DNA of 61,717 nucleotides from Clostridiaceae bacterium (GTDB lineage Bacteria; Bacillota; Clostridia; Christensenellales; CAG-138): NCBI GenBank assembly GCA_039683415.1, contig JBDKRL010000010.1, positions 1 to 61,717 of the forward strand, read 5' to 3'. Shown piece by piece: positions 47,609 to 57,717 of this stretch (position 1 is its first letter; each line of letters starts with the position of its first letter). The notes under the pieces were generated by a model. It saw only the letters and a program-made list of their open reading frames with translations, ran no database searches and was not told where the DNA came from. The position numbers and the translations under genes were made by a program.

Positions 47609-47852
47609 ATTACTCCCTTCACTGTACTGGAAACTTTTATCGAATTTCATGCGCATTGGCGGTATTGCGTCAACGTTCACGACTCAAAAAGTCCTGTTTG
47701 CAACTCATATTACGATAGGATGCTTTAAAATACCATCACTATTTTGATATCGATTGGCGTGAATACAGCAGTTTCCGTCTAGCTGGGCGGCAGCCGTTTA
47801 GTTTAAACTGCGGCGGGGCTGATTCGCCCGGCAGGTTTGTAGCGGCAGCGAA

Positions 47853-48176
47853 TCAGCAGATATGCGCCGGTGATAAATTCAAACGGTATAAAAGCGTGAG
47901 TGCAAACAGGGGTACCGCAACGCCAATCGTTGTCAGCGGTACGCCGATGACGGGACTGACGATCACATCTGTATGACGGCAACTGATGATGACCGTGTTT
48001 TCGCCGATGGCGGCATCGTCCGCCCCTGATTTCAGCTTAACGCTGGTCGCTGCACCGTTGGTTTCGACTGCGGTCAGAGTATCGTTCGGGCGAGCGGTTT
48101 TCAAAGAGACGATGCGCTGCTTGCCGATTCCGCCGCCTTGACCGTCTATTACGAGGATATTCATGCGTTGCATCAC
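47853..48176 (-). CDS. Small hypothetical protein (DUF3842-like, MNILVIDGQGGGIG motif)
   Basis: Gly-rich N-terminal motif typical of this small Firmicute family. The hydrophobic tail is uncertain. Confidence 0.35.
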   Translation of the reverse strand: MMQRMNILVIDGQGGGIGKQRIVSLKTARPNDTLTAVETNGAATSVKLKSGADDAAIGENTVIISCRHTDVIVSPVIGVPLTTIGVAVPLFALTLLYRLNLSPAHIC

Positions 48177-48375
48177 CTGGTTTAAAATGAAAGTTACCTT
48201 GCTTGTTTCTGATGATTGTGCAATGGCGCTTCAGAACGATTATTTACACATGAAAAAAGGACAGGCTATAATTGTCTGTCCTCTTTACTTGGCTAAACCC
48301 TAACGAAGTGAACCAATTGCGCGATACATAAGGGTTGGTGCAGCGATGAAACGATACTGGGAATATTGGCGGATA

Positions 48376-48984
48376 TCAAATATCGTTTCTGCGCTGATGC
48401 TCGCGCTGCAGACGATTGGCAATCAAAAGCCGCTGGGCAACAGTGAAAAGGATGAGCCCCGCAAACAGCCAGGTCAGCAGGGAGAGCCGCGCGGGAAAGA
48501 GGATCATCAGCGAAAACAGGAGGAATCCCTCCGTGCGCTCCATGAGCCCGGCGGGATAATAAAAACTTTTATTGGTATGATTCTTCGCCAGCATGCCGGT
48601 GGTTAAAAACACGGTCATCGACAGCAGAATGCAGCTCACCAGCGCGAGAAGCGGAATCAAGCAGTCCGTATGCCGAAGCGCGAGCGCCCAGACAAGGGAG
48701 AGCTCCACGACGCGGTCAAAGGTTACGTCCAGCACGGCGCCGAACAGACTGCTATTGCCGGAAAGCCGCGCCATCGCGCCGTCCGTCGCATCCAGCAAGC
48801 CCGAAAGCCAGAGCAGGAGCACGGCAGGAACCGCGAGTCGGGCATACGTCAGCACGCCCGCGCCAAGACCGACGACAAACGCGAGCACGGTGACCGCGTT
48901 CGGCATGAGTTTCCAGCGCAGAAGGAGGGCGGCCAGGCGCGTAAACAACGGCTCTGCATATTTCCGCGCGTGGGTATCGAGCAT
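48376..48984 (-). CDS. CDP-alcohol phosphatidyltransferase-family membrane enzyme
   Basis: D...DATDGAMAR...G...D...D-type motif (LLDATDGAMARLSG...DVTFDRVVE) in a multi-TM protein. Confidence 0.75.
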   Translation of the reverse strand: MLDTHARKYAEPLFTRLAALLLRWKLMPNAVTVLAFVVGLGAGVLTYARLAVPAVLLLWLSGLLDATDGAMARLSGNSSLFGAVLDVTFDRVVELSLVWALALRHTDCLIPLLALVSCILLSMTVFLTTGMLAKNHTNKSFYYPAGLMERTEGFLLFSLMILFPARLSLLTWLFAGLILFTVAQRLLIANRLQREHQRRNDI

Positions 48985-48990
48985 GTTTTT

Positions 48991-49773
48991 TCAGTCCTTT
49001 CGTGGCTTGAGCGTGTTGATCAAGCGGTTTCCCCACCCGCGCGATTTGCTTTTGCCAAAGAGCAGCTCCAGCAGGTGCGCCGTACTGCGCCCTTCGCTGC
49101 TGAACGCGTCCACGCATCCGGCACAGTAGCTTACAACCGGCAACTCCGGTGGAATGGACGATAGCCTGCTGTTGCGGAGGGCGCCGCTTTGAGCGGGATT
49201 TCGCGCGCGCAGCATTGCGATGTTACCGCAGCAGCGCGTGTTTTCGCGGTTGTCCGGAAATTCCGCAACGGCGACATTGGCCTTTTTCAGCAGTGAGCGC
49301 ACCGCCTCCTGCTGGGCACGGTCGCTGCGGACGGGGCAGGGATCGTGCAGCGCGTAAACCGTACTCCCATGATCCGCAAGATCGTCTTTGTCAACGATGC
49401 GCTCGAGTGTTTCCCAAACGGGAATCACTTCCGCGGCATTAAGCGCGGTGAGCAGGCGGGCGCAGTTGGGGCATGCGGTGTAGATCCGCTTTACGCCGTT
49501 TCGTTCGAGCAGTCGCCGGAGTCGTCCGGTACGACGCTCAAACAGCGCGGGTTCGAGATATTTCGCCGGCTGGCCGCAGCACCCACAGGCAAGGCCGATG
49601 CCGGGTTCCGCACGTTGTAATATTTCCAGCGTTTGTTCCAGCAAGGCGGAATCGTACGTCAGCAGCGCGCAGCCTGGGAAAAACACGGCTTCGGCACGCG
49701 AAACACGCATCAGCGCGCGTGAAAAAGAAACCGCCTGGTGCAGCTTCATTCCGAGCCGTCCGCTGGATTCCAT
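48991..49773 (-). CDS. Cysteine-rich (CCG-domain) Fe-S binding protein (HdrD/GlcF/LutA-like)
   Basis: Repeated CxxC...C motifs (FFPGCALL, ACGCCGQP, YTACPNC, DPCPV, TRCCG, SYCAGC). The true start may be the internal Met (MKLHQ). Confidence 0.55.
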   Translation of the reverse strand: MESSGRLGMKLHQAVSFSRALMRVSRAEAVFFPGCALLTYDSALLEQTLEILQRAEPGIGLACGCCGQPAKYLEPALFERRTGRLRRLLERNGVKRIYTACPNCARLLTALNAAEVIPVWETLERIVDKDDLADHGSTVYALHDPCPVRSDRAQQEAVRSLLKKANVAVAEFPDNRENTRCCGNIAMLRARNPAQSGALRNSRLSSIPPELPVVSYCAGCVDAFSSEGRSTAHLLELLFGKSKSRGWGNRLINTLKPRKD

Positions 49774-49775
49774 AC

Positions 49776-50627
49776 TCAGTCGTCTCCCTCGGCTTTTGTC
49801 GGTTCGTCATTTGGCTCGGACGAAGGGACGGCGTCGGCCGGTTCGTCCTTGGGTTTGTACGAAAGCGCGATGTTCGCGGCGGCGGCTTTCGCCTTCTGGC
49901 GTTCGTTGTAAAGCCCCTTGATGATTGCGACGATGGCGCTCAGAGCAAAGATGCAGAGAAGCGCGGTGACGAAATATTTCACTCCGCCGGTGAGCATGCC
50001 GCCTACATACGAATAGACGATGGTTGCGGGCAACTGGCCTAGTCCGGTGGCCAGCACGAACGGCCAGAAGCGAATGGATGTCAGCCCCGCGAAATAACTC
50101 ACCGCGTCAAACGAAACAAACGGCAGCAGCCGGCAAACGAGAATCGTCTTGCTGCCATACTTGGTGAAGTAGGCTTCCACGCCTTTGAGCGCGCCCTTTC
50201 CGGCAAACTTTTCGACCGTATCGCGCCCCAGCGCACGGGCGATGAAGAAGCAGAGCATCGCACCGACCATCGCGCTTGACCAGGAGAGCAGCGCACCCTG
50301 CCACCAGCCAAAGACCGCCGCGTTGGCAAACGTGATCAAAAACGCGGGCAGCGGCACGATGATGGACTGGAATACCATCAGTAAAAACGAAATCGCCATG
50401 GCGTATACGCCATAGGAGCGGATGAATTCCACCACGCGGCCAACGTCCGCCGAGGCGAGCACCGACGCGATTTTGTTGATATATGTTTTTACCGGGGGAA
50501 AGACGAAATACGCCGCCACCGCGAGCGCGATGATCCCCAGCATATACCATTTCAGGTTCTTATTCAGACTCTTGCTGAGGTTCAGATCGGGATTCTTACT
50601 CAGACCCTTGTTGTTCTTCCGTTTCAT
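49776..50627 (-). CDS. DedA/TVP38/TMEM64-family membrane protein (paralog 1)
   Basis: VTT-domain-like GWWQGALLSW...RLLPFVSFDAVSYFAGLT motif region. Confidence 0.7.
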   Translation of the reverse strand: MKRKNNKGLSKNPDLNLSKSLNKNLKWYMLGIIALAVAAYFVFPPVKTYINKIASVLASADVGRVVEFIRSYGVYAMAISFLLMVFQSIIVPLPAFLITFANAAVFGWWQGALLSWSSAMVGAMLCFFIARALGRDTVEKFAGKGALKGVEAYFTKYGSKTILVCRLLPFVSFDAVSYFAGLTSIRFWPFVLATGLGQLPATIVYSYVGGMLTGGVKYFVTALLCIFALSAIVAIIKGLYNERQKAKAAAANIALSYKPKDEPADAVPSSEPNDEPTKAEGDD

Positions 50628-51318
50628 GTTCCAGTTGCTCCGTTCGTTCGTTTTTGTCCGATTTGCGTTTTTTATCCGGAAACAAGACTTTCCCCAGCAG
50701 CGTGGTAACGATCAGCAGCGCCGCGATCAGCAGCACCGCGAGCCAAAAGGAAGGGGAAGTAACGTCCAGTGCTTTATCCCCTAAATTGATGAAGACAAAC
50801 GTTCCTGGTATAATGCCGATGGCCGACGCCAGAAGATACGTGCCCATTCGCATATCGGTGAGCCCGAACGCATAGTTGATGAGATTATACGGCACCGCCG
50901 GAATCAGCCGCAGTATGAACAGCAGCAGGAATCCCTTTGATCCGCCTGCCTGCGAAAGACGCGCGCGCCACTTGGGACTGAACTTTTTTTCCACCAATTG
51001 ACTGACGCGTGCATGCCCGACAAACCGGGAAAGCAGAAACATCAGAGAGCAGTTGAGGATTGCGCCGATAAAGGTATATAAACTGCCAAGCCAGAGCCCA
51101 AAGAGCAGCCCGCCCGCAACCGCAAGCACCGCTACCGGGAAGAATGCAGCGGGCAGCAGCGTAAACGCCGCGATATATGCCAGTGGCGCCAGTGGCCCGA
51201 AACCGGAGATCCAGGTTCGGAGCGATTCGGCGGAGACACTTTTCAGCACCAGAACGGAAAGCACTGCAAGCAGTATCAGGCAAAGCACAACCGTAATTAC
51301 AGATTTTCGCGTACTCAT
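50596..51318 (-). CDS. DedA/TVP38/TMEM64-family membrane protein (paralog 2)
   Basis: GGLLFGLWLGSLY...RLIPAVPYNLINYAFGLT matches the same family. Start taken at the internal Met (MSTRK) rather than ORF-track 51357. Confidence 0.7.
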   Translation of the reverse strand: MSTRKSVITVVLCLILLAVLSVLVLKSVSAESLRTWISGFGPLAPLAYIAAFTLLPAAFFPVAVLAVAGGLLFGLWLGSLYTFIGAILNCSLMFLLSRFVGHARVSQLVEKKFSPKWRARLSQAGGSKGFLLLFILRLIPAVPYNLINYAFGLTDMRMGTYLLASAIGIIPGTFVFINLGDKALDVTSPSFWLAVLLIAALLIVTTLLGKVLFPDKKRKSDKNERTEQLEHETEEQQGSE

Positions 51319-51520
51319 CCGTTCGCTTTTCCTTTCGCACGCTACCGTTAACCTCAAATGAGTATAACGAAAGCGGAGCCATCTGTCAATTCACCTGACC
51401 GGTCGATTAACACGGTATTTTTTGCATATTCGCGTGTTGACGAGTGGAAGGGGCAGATGGTATGATTACGTTATTCTCGATTAGAGATAACGAATAAAAA
51501 CGTTGGAGGAAGAGTTGAAA

Positions 51521-52453
51521 ATGAAGAAACTATCCCTGATTTTAGCGGTCCTTCTGATTATTGGAACCGTGGTTGGCTGCGCGGCAAAACCCACCGCACA
51601 GGCCACTGCGTCGGACGCGCAGACCGCGGAAGCGTTCACAGGCAAATATATTGTGGATGCGCAGTATGTGCTGGACAATCTCAATAAGGACGGCGTTCTA
51701 CTTGTTGACGCGCGCGGCGAGGACGCCGCCAAGAGCGGAACCGTCCAGGGCGCAATCGCGGTTACCTGGCAGCAGTTTGCCTCCGTTGGCGACGGTGCTG
51801 CGGGCGATGCCATGTGGGGTACGATCCTCGATACCACGCGCCTGAGCGAAGCGCTGAGCCAGACCGGCATCTCGCCGGATCAGGAGATCATCCTGTTTGC
51901 CGACGCGCAGAAGGGTTGGGGCGCGGATGGCCGCATCCTTTGGGAACTGGTTGCCGCGGGCTATCAGAACGTAAAAATGGTCAACGGCGGGTACGACGCG
52001 CTGGTTGCCGCAGGTGTTGCGACGACGACCGAGCCCGCCGCCTACACGTCCGCTGAAGTAACGATTTCGGCCATTGACGAAACCCACGTCATCAATACCG
52101 ACGCGTTGGTTGCGGACTACGACAGCTTCAAAGTGGTCGACGTCCGTACCCAGAAGGAATATGACGGCGCGGCGGATTACGGCGAAGCCGCGGGCGGCCA
52201 TCTCCCCGGCGCGGTGCTCGTGCAGTTCACCGATCTGTTCAATGATAACGGCACGCTCAAGAGCAACGCCGATTTGACCGCCATGTTCGAAGCGGCTGGT
52301 CTTGCCGCGGGCGACAAAATCGTGACCTACTGCACCAAGGGCATCCGTTCCGCATACATGGAACTGATTCTCGAAATGTGCGGGTATGAAAACGTCTATA
52401 ACTACGACGAATCTTTCTACCGCTGGGCTGCCAGCCAGGAAGTGGAAAAATAA
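51521..52453 (+). CDS. Tandem-rhodanese sulfurtransferase lipoprotein (thiosulfate/3-mercaptopyruvate sulfurtransferase-like)
   Basis: MKKLSLILAVLLIIGTVVGC lipobox, two rhodanese domains, and active-site loop YCTKGIRSAY. GGAGGAAG RBS. Confidence 0.8.
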   Translation: MKKLSLILAVLLIIGTVVGCAAKPTAQATASDAQTAEAFTGKYIVDAQYVLDNLNKDGVLLVDARGEDAAKSGTVQGAIAVTWQQFASVGDGAAGDAMWGTILDTTRLSEALSQTGISPDQEIILFADAQKGWGADGRILWELVAAGYQNVKMVNGGYDALVAAGVATTTEPAAYTSAEVTISAIDETHVINTDALVADYDSFKVVDVRTQKEYDGAADYGEAAGGHLPGAVLVQFTDLFNDNGTLKSNADLTAMFEAAGLAAGDKIVTYCTKGIRSAYMELILEMCGYENVYNYDESFYRWAASQEVEK

Positions 52454-52508
52454 TCTCACGATCGGAATCGCCGCGGCGCGGGAGGAACCGCGCCGCGGCG
52501 GCTTTTTT

Positions 52509-53249
52509 ATGGAAACAGGTAAGCAAAAAGAGAAGCGCAGTCTACGTTTCCTGCGGGCGTCGTCCGCCGGAGTTTTGATTCTGCTGCTCGGTTTTTATTC
52601 CAGCATTCCTTCCGTTCACAGTTCGGTCAACGGCTGGGTCATGCTTTATACGCAAAAGAGCGCCCAGTCGATTACGGGCGCGATTCTGCGCGCTGGTCAT
52701 CTTGCGCCGCTGAAGGCGGTTTTGCTGGCCGCGTTCCAAACTGCGGTTCTGCCATGGCTATTGCCGTATGGCGCTGCCGCGAACGCCGCTTGTTTCGGTC
52801 CGGCGCGCGGGTGCCTGATTTCGCTTGCCGGCGCGCTGGCGGGCGCGAGCGTTTGGTACGGGCTGATCCGTTTGTTGCTGGGCGGTATTTCTCAAAACCG
52901 CTGGACAGCATTGCCGCGGCGGGATTTCTGGTTCGGATACTGCCTGTTTGCCGCATCGAACTGGCTGACGCTCGGTATGCTGGCCGTACCCGCCGCGCTG
53001 GCTGGCGCGCTCAGAATATCCTGCCGCAGGTTTGTATTGTTTGCGCTGCTGGCGGAACTGCCTATTTTGACGCTTTATACGTTTTTTGGTACGGAGTATC
53101 GGGTGTTGCTGCCGAACCCGGTGGAGGCTGTTTTTCGCATTCTGGGCGTTGCGATGGCGCTTGTTGCTCTTGCAATCGGGGTTTTTGCGTGGAAAAAACA
53201 CCAAGCCGCGAGACAGAATGAGAAAGTATCGAAGGTTTCGGAGCCGTAA
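52509..53249 (+). CDS. Multi-TM membrane protein (possibly a further TVP38/DedA-like protein)
   Basis: Hydrophobic throughout. Start chosen at METGKQ after the upstream stop. Confidence 0.4.
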   Translation: METGKQKEKRSLRFLRASSAGVLILLLGFYSSIPSVHSSVNGWVMLYTQKSAQSITGAILRAGHLAPLKAVLLAAFQTAVLPWLLPYGAAANAACFGPARGCLISLAGALAGASVWYGLIRLLLGGISQNRWTALPRRDFWFGYCLFAASNWLTLGMLAVPAALAGALRISCRRFVLFALLAELPILTLYTFFGTEYRVLLPNPVEAVFRILGVAMALVALAIGVFAWKKHQAARQNEKVSKVSEP

Positions 53250-53618
53250 TCCGTCGACTCACAGGAGAATAATACCAATTCATGCACATGATCCCAACAT
53301 GGTCTGGCTGCTCAGCGACACGCCGGATCTTGCGCCTTGGACGGACGGCGTTCCGGCGCACAAGGCGCTCGAAGTGATGCTGGAAGCGGACGGCAGCATC
53401 CGCTCGGCGTATATCCCAGCCCGGTAAAAACGGATGTTTTTGTATCAACGCGGCGGGACGATTTGTTGCCCCGCCGTGTCGCGTATGGAAGAAGAAGCCG
53501 AAGCGCAGCCGTTTTTTTAAGAGCCGACAACAACGCATACAGTACGCAACGAGGTTTTTTCTTCTCTATAAAATCATATGCTCCGCTTTTCTTGAAAGGA
53601 GAACCTGCGGTGTTTAAA

Positions 53619-54209
53619 ATGAAAACAAGCCCTAACTTCTACGGCGTTTTGATTCAGCAGGCGCAGAAAGTACGCGATACGGTTTGCGCGTTGTGCGACT
53701 ATTGCGATCGCCCGACGCCGGAAAACGGCGATCTTGTTAAAGCAAAAGAACAGGAAGCCGATCAGGTTCGCTATCAGCTCGTGGATGCGATCAACCGGAC
53801 GTTCATTACGCCCATCGACCGGGACGACCTGTTCCGACTCTCCACGGCGATTGACGACCTTGCGGACTACGCTTGGACGACGGTGAAGGATCTGCGCATC
53901 TACGATATTCCGCCGGACAAGAACCTTGCTTCCCTCGTTGCGATCCTGCTGCAAATGGCCGAAGGGCTGCTCATTTGCGTGGAGAATCTGGAGAGTCATC
54001 ATCCGGTGGTCGCGACGGAAGCAAATAAGGTAAAGAAGCTGGAAAACGTGATGAACGCCCGCTTCCACGAATCCATCGCGGAGCTGTTCGAATCCGACGA
54101 CATCCGAAAGATATTGAAATACCGCGAGATCTACAGCCATATGAACCACGCTTCGGACAAAGGGGACTTCTGCGCCGACCTTCTGCAGGATATCATCGTC
54201 AAATTCTGA
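53619..54209 (+). CDS. DUF47-family protein (PhoU-related putative phosphate-transport regulator, YkaA-like)
   Basis: Four-helix pattern with DRDDLFRLSTAIDDLADYAWTTVKDL. An alternative GTG start lies at 53610. Confidence 0.6.
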   Translation: MKTSPNFYGVLIQQAQKVRDTVCALCDYCDRPTPENGDLVKAKEQEADQVRYQLVDAINRTFITPIDRDDLFRLSTAIDDLADYAWTTVKDLRIYDIPPDKNLASLVAILLQMAEGLLICVENLESHHPVVATEANKVKKLENVMNARFHESIAELFESDDIRKILKYREIYSHMNHASDKGDFCADLLQDIIVKF

Positions 54210-54311
54210 ATGCTGCGGTAAAAAAGCGCGGAGCACGCTTGCCAAGAGCGGGCAATCACGTTATGATTTCAAAGTGGCTGAAAAGCAAACACCTGGAAAG
54301 GCGATTGTTCA

Positions 54312-54920
54312 ATGATTCAAAACATCATATTCGATATGGGCGGGGTACTGATTCAGTTCGACCGCGTGTATTTTATTCGCAGACTCGGCGTTGCCGCAGA
54401 AGATGAGCAAAGCCTGCTCAACGAAGTATTCCGTTCGCTCGAGTGGGCGCGTCTGGATCGAGGCTCGATCACCGAGTCGAAAGCGATAGCAAACATGTGC
54501 GAACACCTTCCGCAGAGGCTGCATCGTGCGGCGGCGGATCTTGTGACAAAGTGGGATCAGCCCATCATCCCCATGCCGGGCATGACCGAGCTGGTGGAAG
54601 AACTCAAGCTGAAAGGGTATGGAATATATCTTCTTTCAAACGCCACCCTTCGGCAGCGTGAGTACTGGCCGCGCGTTCCCGCATCCCGGTTCTTTGACGG
54701 AACGCTGATTTCCGCGGATGTAAAGCTCGTTAAACCCCAGCCGGAAATCTATGCGCTGCTCTGCAAAACATTCGGCCTTGCGGCTTCGGAGTGCTTCATG
54801 ATAGACGACGTGGCGCAAAATATTGAAGGCGCGTTCGAGGCAGGCTTGTCGGGATTTGTGTTCAACGAAGATGTGACCACTTTGAAAAACGCGCTGAGAA
54901 TAGCGGGGGTGGAACTGTAA
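54312..54920 (+). CDS. HAD-superfamily hydrolase (subfamily IA)
   Basis: Motif I IIFDMGGVL, motif II SNAT, and motif IV DD (FMIDDVAQN). Confidence 0.8.
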   Translation: MIQNIIFDMGGVLIQFDRVYFIRRLGVAAEDEQSLLNEVFRSLEWARLDRGSITESKAIANMCEHLPQRLHRAAADLVTKWDQPIIPMPGMTELVEELKLKGYGIYLLSNATLRQREYWPRVPASRFFDGTLISADVKLVKPQPEIYALLCKTFGLAASECFMIDDVAQNIEGAFEAGLSGFVFNEDVTTLKNALRIAGVEL

Positions 54921-55154
54921 CAAGGTTTGTCAGATCTTCTTGAGTTCCATGATTTTTCTCTTTTTTAGCGAACCATTTTTTAGGGAGCAGGTCACCACAT
55001 CATATAAACAGGAGACGCTTCGATGTGATGAGCGTTTTTTCCGTATGGCAATTTGGATTGCCAATAGCAACATTAGGCTTTTCTAGTGCTTAGGAAAGAA
55101 ATCTGTTGTTCAGCCATTAACTGTTTTGACAGCAATATAATAGATTTTTGATGA

Positions 55155-55270
55155 GGCAGGCGGTTTTACTGGTTGCGAGGGATGGATTTCTTTGCTCAAG
55201 CCAGACACGGTTGCTTGCGATTTGCGCTTGGCAAACGGTCTTTTTCGCAAAACCTGCCGTTGAAAAACAC
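55155..55270. repeat. Copy B of the ~115-nt intergenic element (copy A at 19835-19950)
   Basis: GGCAGGCGGTTTtACTGGTTGCG...TTCTTTGCTcAaGCCAGACACGgTTGCTtGCGaTTTGC...AAACGgTcTTTTT..GCAAA. Confidence 0.5.
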
Positions 55271-55301
55271 AGTCAATTCTTCATTTTTACCGTTAAATAA
55301 C

Positions 55302-55336
55302 CGTTTGACAAGCGCTGCTTTTTTGTGCTACGGTGT
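55302..55336 (+). promoter_or_regulatory. Candidate sigma-A promoter for the ManD-like gene (TTGACA -35, 18-nt spacer, TGcTACGGT extended -10-like)
   Basis: TTGACAagcgctgcttttttgtgcTACGGT read from sequence. The -10 is weak. Confidence 0.3.
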
Positions 55337-55388
55337 ACACATAGCGAACAAGCGAACAAGTGCTTAAAACATCGCTCGGAGGCGTCTT

Positions 55389-56588
55389 GTGAAAATCGAA
55401 AAAGTAGATATCTTTCGCGTCAACGCAGCATCCGACCCTATGTGGCATCCAATTCTCTGCCGAATCTATACGGACGATGGATTCTATGGCGACGGGGAAG
55501 CGGCGCTTGCCTATGGCACGGGCAGCCGCGCGGCGTTTGGCATGGTGCAGGACTTGGCAGAACTGATCATCGGCATGGACCCGCTGGAAACGGAAGTCAT
55601 ATGGAACAAGCTCTACCGGCGCACGTTCTGGGGACAGAATGGCGGGTGTGTCGTGACGGCGGGAATCAGCGCGATCGATCTAGCCTGCTGGGATATTCGT
55701 GGCAAGTACTTCAACGTGCCGGTTTATAAGTTGCTTGGCGGCAAGCTGAACGACCACATGCGAACCTATGCTTCCCAACTGCAATTCGGCTGGAAGGACT
55801 CCATGGGAGCGATGTTTACCACGGAAGATTATGTTGCCGCATCCCTGCGTGCAGTCGATCAGGGGTACGACGCGATCAAAATCGACTTTCTGACATTTCG
55901 GCCGGAGGGCGGCAGTTATACGGATCGTGACAGGACCACGCTGATGACGCCCAAAACACTTAGGGAAGTAACGGAGCGCGTTCACGCGGTGCGCAGTGCT
56001 GTTGGTACGGACGTGGACATCATTGTGGAAAACCATAGTTTTCTGGACGCGCAGTCGGCCGTGCAGCTGGCGCGCGCGCTGGAACCTTACAATATCTATT
56101 TCTTTGAGGAGCCAAATACGCCCGATCCGCAGACCGCGCGTTACATCAGCGCAAAAACGAGTATTCCAATCGCCAACGGCGAGCGCATCTACACGCGCTG
56201 GCAATACAAGAGCTTCTTTCAGGATAACACGCTTCAGGTGGCGCAGCCGGATCTTGGCACCTGCGGCGGGATTACCGAAGTAAAGAAAATTTGCGATATG
56301 GCTTACGCTTACGACGTCTCCGTACAAATTCATGCTTGCGGGAGTCCGCTTTGCAGCGCCGCCGCGCTGCAGGTGGAGGCGGCAATACCGAACTTCATCA
56401 TCCACGAGCATCATCAGGTGAATCTGTGCCAGAGCAATATCATGCTCTGCAAGCATGACTATCAGCCGCAGAGAGGGATTTCCAGGGTGGCGGAACTGCC
56501 GGGACTTGGCAACGAGTGGTCGGACTATGTGCTCAAGGAAACGCCGAAAGTAACGGTGACCGGCGGAGGGGTTACCTGGAATATGTAA
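55389..56588 (+). CDS. Enolase-superfamily dehydratase (mandelate racemase/muconate-lactonising subgroup; D-mannonate/D-galactonate dehydratase-like)
   Basis: Capping-domain N-terminus and barrel-domain metal ligands (KIDF...D, EEP, ERIY) typical of the ManD/GalD families. GTG start with a GGAGG RBS. Confidence 0.75.
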   Translation: MKIEKVDIFRVNAASDPMWHPILCRIYTDDGFYGDGEAALAYGTGSRAAFGMVQDLAELIIGMDPLETEVIWNKLYRRTFWGQNGGCVVTAGISAIDLACWDIRGKYFNVPVYKLLGGKLNDHMRTYASQLQFGWKDSMGAMFTTEDYVAASLRAVDQGYDAIKIDFLTFRPEGGSYTDRDRTTLMTPKTLREVTERVHAVRSAVGTDVDIIVENHSFLDAQSAVQLARALEPYNIYFFEEPNTPDPQTARYISAKTSIPIANGERIYTRWQYKSFFQDNTLQVAQPDLGTCGGITEVKKICDMAYAYDVSVQIHACGSPLCSAAALQVEAAIPNFIIHEHHQVNLCQSNIMLCKHDYQPQRGISRVAELPGLGNEWSDYVLKETPKVTVTGGGVTWNM

Positions 56589-56714
56589 CCTGGCGGCGAA
56601 AAGCGAATGCGCCTTTGGCAGAGGAACAAACAAGCCGCCGATAGGCGCAAAAAGGCTGGGCGAATCCGGTGAATATTGATATGATAATAAAAACGACGCG
56701 CAAAGAGGCGGAAT

Positions 56715-57425
56715 ATGGCAAATAAACCGGTAAAGCCGATTTCCCTGGTGGATCAGGTAGTCGAAAGAATGAAGACCTCCATCATGGAGTCCGAATGGAA
56801 AGCGGGGGAGAAGATGCCCTCGGAAGCGGCGTTGGCGGAAGAATACGGAGTGAACCGGCTGACGGTGCGAATGGCGCTGCAGAAGCTCTCCTCGCTGGGC
56901 GTTGTGGAAACCAGGATTGGCGAGGGTTCCTTTGTAAAGGAGTTTTCGTTTTCCGGCTATCTGCATGAAATATCGGCATTTTATCTCAAACCGGAGACAA
57001 TTGAGGAAGTTTTTGCATTGCGCACGCTTCTGGAACTGGATTGCGCTAGGATCGCCTGCGAAACACGCAGCGAGCAGGAACTTGCCGAGCTGAGAGCGCT
57101 GCTGGAGGTGTATGAACAAAGCAAGCGCACATACCGCGAAACGAACGAAGGCCTCGAAGCGTTGGCGGAGGCGGACATGCGCTTTCACGACCAGATCTGC
57201 AAGATGAGCCACAACAGCGTGTATCAGGATGTTGCGGCATTTGCGCGCAATCTGATTAAGCGGTATATCACCCGCCTGATCTGTTCGAGAAACGAAAAAT
57301 GGAAGCGCGGCGAACTCGGCGATCAGGAAGGGGACCAACACCGTCTGGTATACGCGGCGATTGCGGCGCAGGATCATATTGCCTGCAGAAATGCGTATCT
57401 TGCTTTGATCGATTACCGGCTGTAA
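56715..57425 (+). CDS. GntR-family transcriptional regulator (FadR/FCD subfamily)
   Basis: N-terminal wHTH LPSEAALAEEYGVNRLTVRMALQKL and an all-helical FCD C-terminal domain. Confidence 0.85.
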   Translation: MANKPVKPISLVDQVVERMKTSIMESEWKAGEKMPSEAALAEEYGVNRLTVRMALQKLSSLGVVETRIGEGSFVKEFSFSGYLHEISAFYLKPETIEEVFALRTLLELDCARIACETRSEQELAELRALLEVYEQSKRTYRETNEGLEALAEADMRFHDQICKMSHNSVYQDVAAFARNLIKRYITRLICSRNEKWKRGELGDQEGDQHRLVYAAIAAQDHIACRNAYLALIDYRL

Positions 57426-57446
57426 GGGAATTGCGGGTATAGTCAG

Positions 57447-57714
57447 AAAAAACGTTTCAGCAAAGAGAACCGAAAGAAAGCATCGTTTGTTAACGGAAAA
57501 CAGACATCCAATCGCAACAAAACGCACGAATTGATCGTAATATATCGAATAACCACGGCAGAGAACGACGGAATTCGTTTGACAGCTGTGGTGAGGCGTA
57601 TTATACTCAAATCACAACAAAAACGTTTTAGTAAAAATCTCTCAACGTTTGAACGGGTCATTTCGCAACAAAAACGTTTTAGTAGAAAATTTAGCATCGT
57701 ATGGACGGGTCATT
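57447..57714 (+). promoter_or_regulatory. Three palindromic AAAACGTTT(T/C) sites; two lie within a 51-bp tandem duplication (57612-57662, 57663-57714). Candidate LacI-family operators.
   Basis: AAAAACGTTTC at 57447-57457, and AAAACGTTTT at 57620-57629 and 57671-57680. Each repeat unit is tcRCAACAAAAACGTTTTAGTARAAAAT...ACGGGTCATTT. Located immediately upstream of the LacI-family gene. Confidence 0.45.
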
Positions 57715-57717
57715 TTT

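Noticed and set aside
55680-57527. 615-aa ORF on the minus strand
   Set aside because: Antisense to both the enolase-superfamily gene and the GntR gene, each of which has clear family motifs and an RBS. Long antisense ORFs are expected in high-GC DNA. No recognisable domain.
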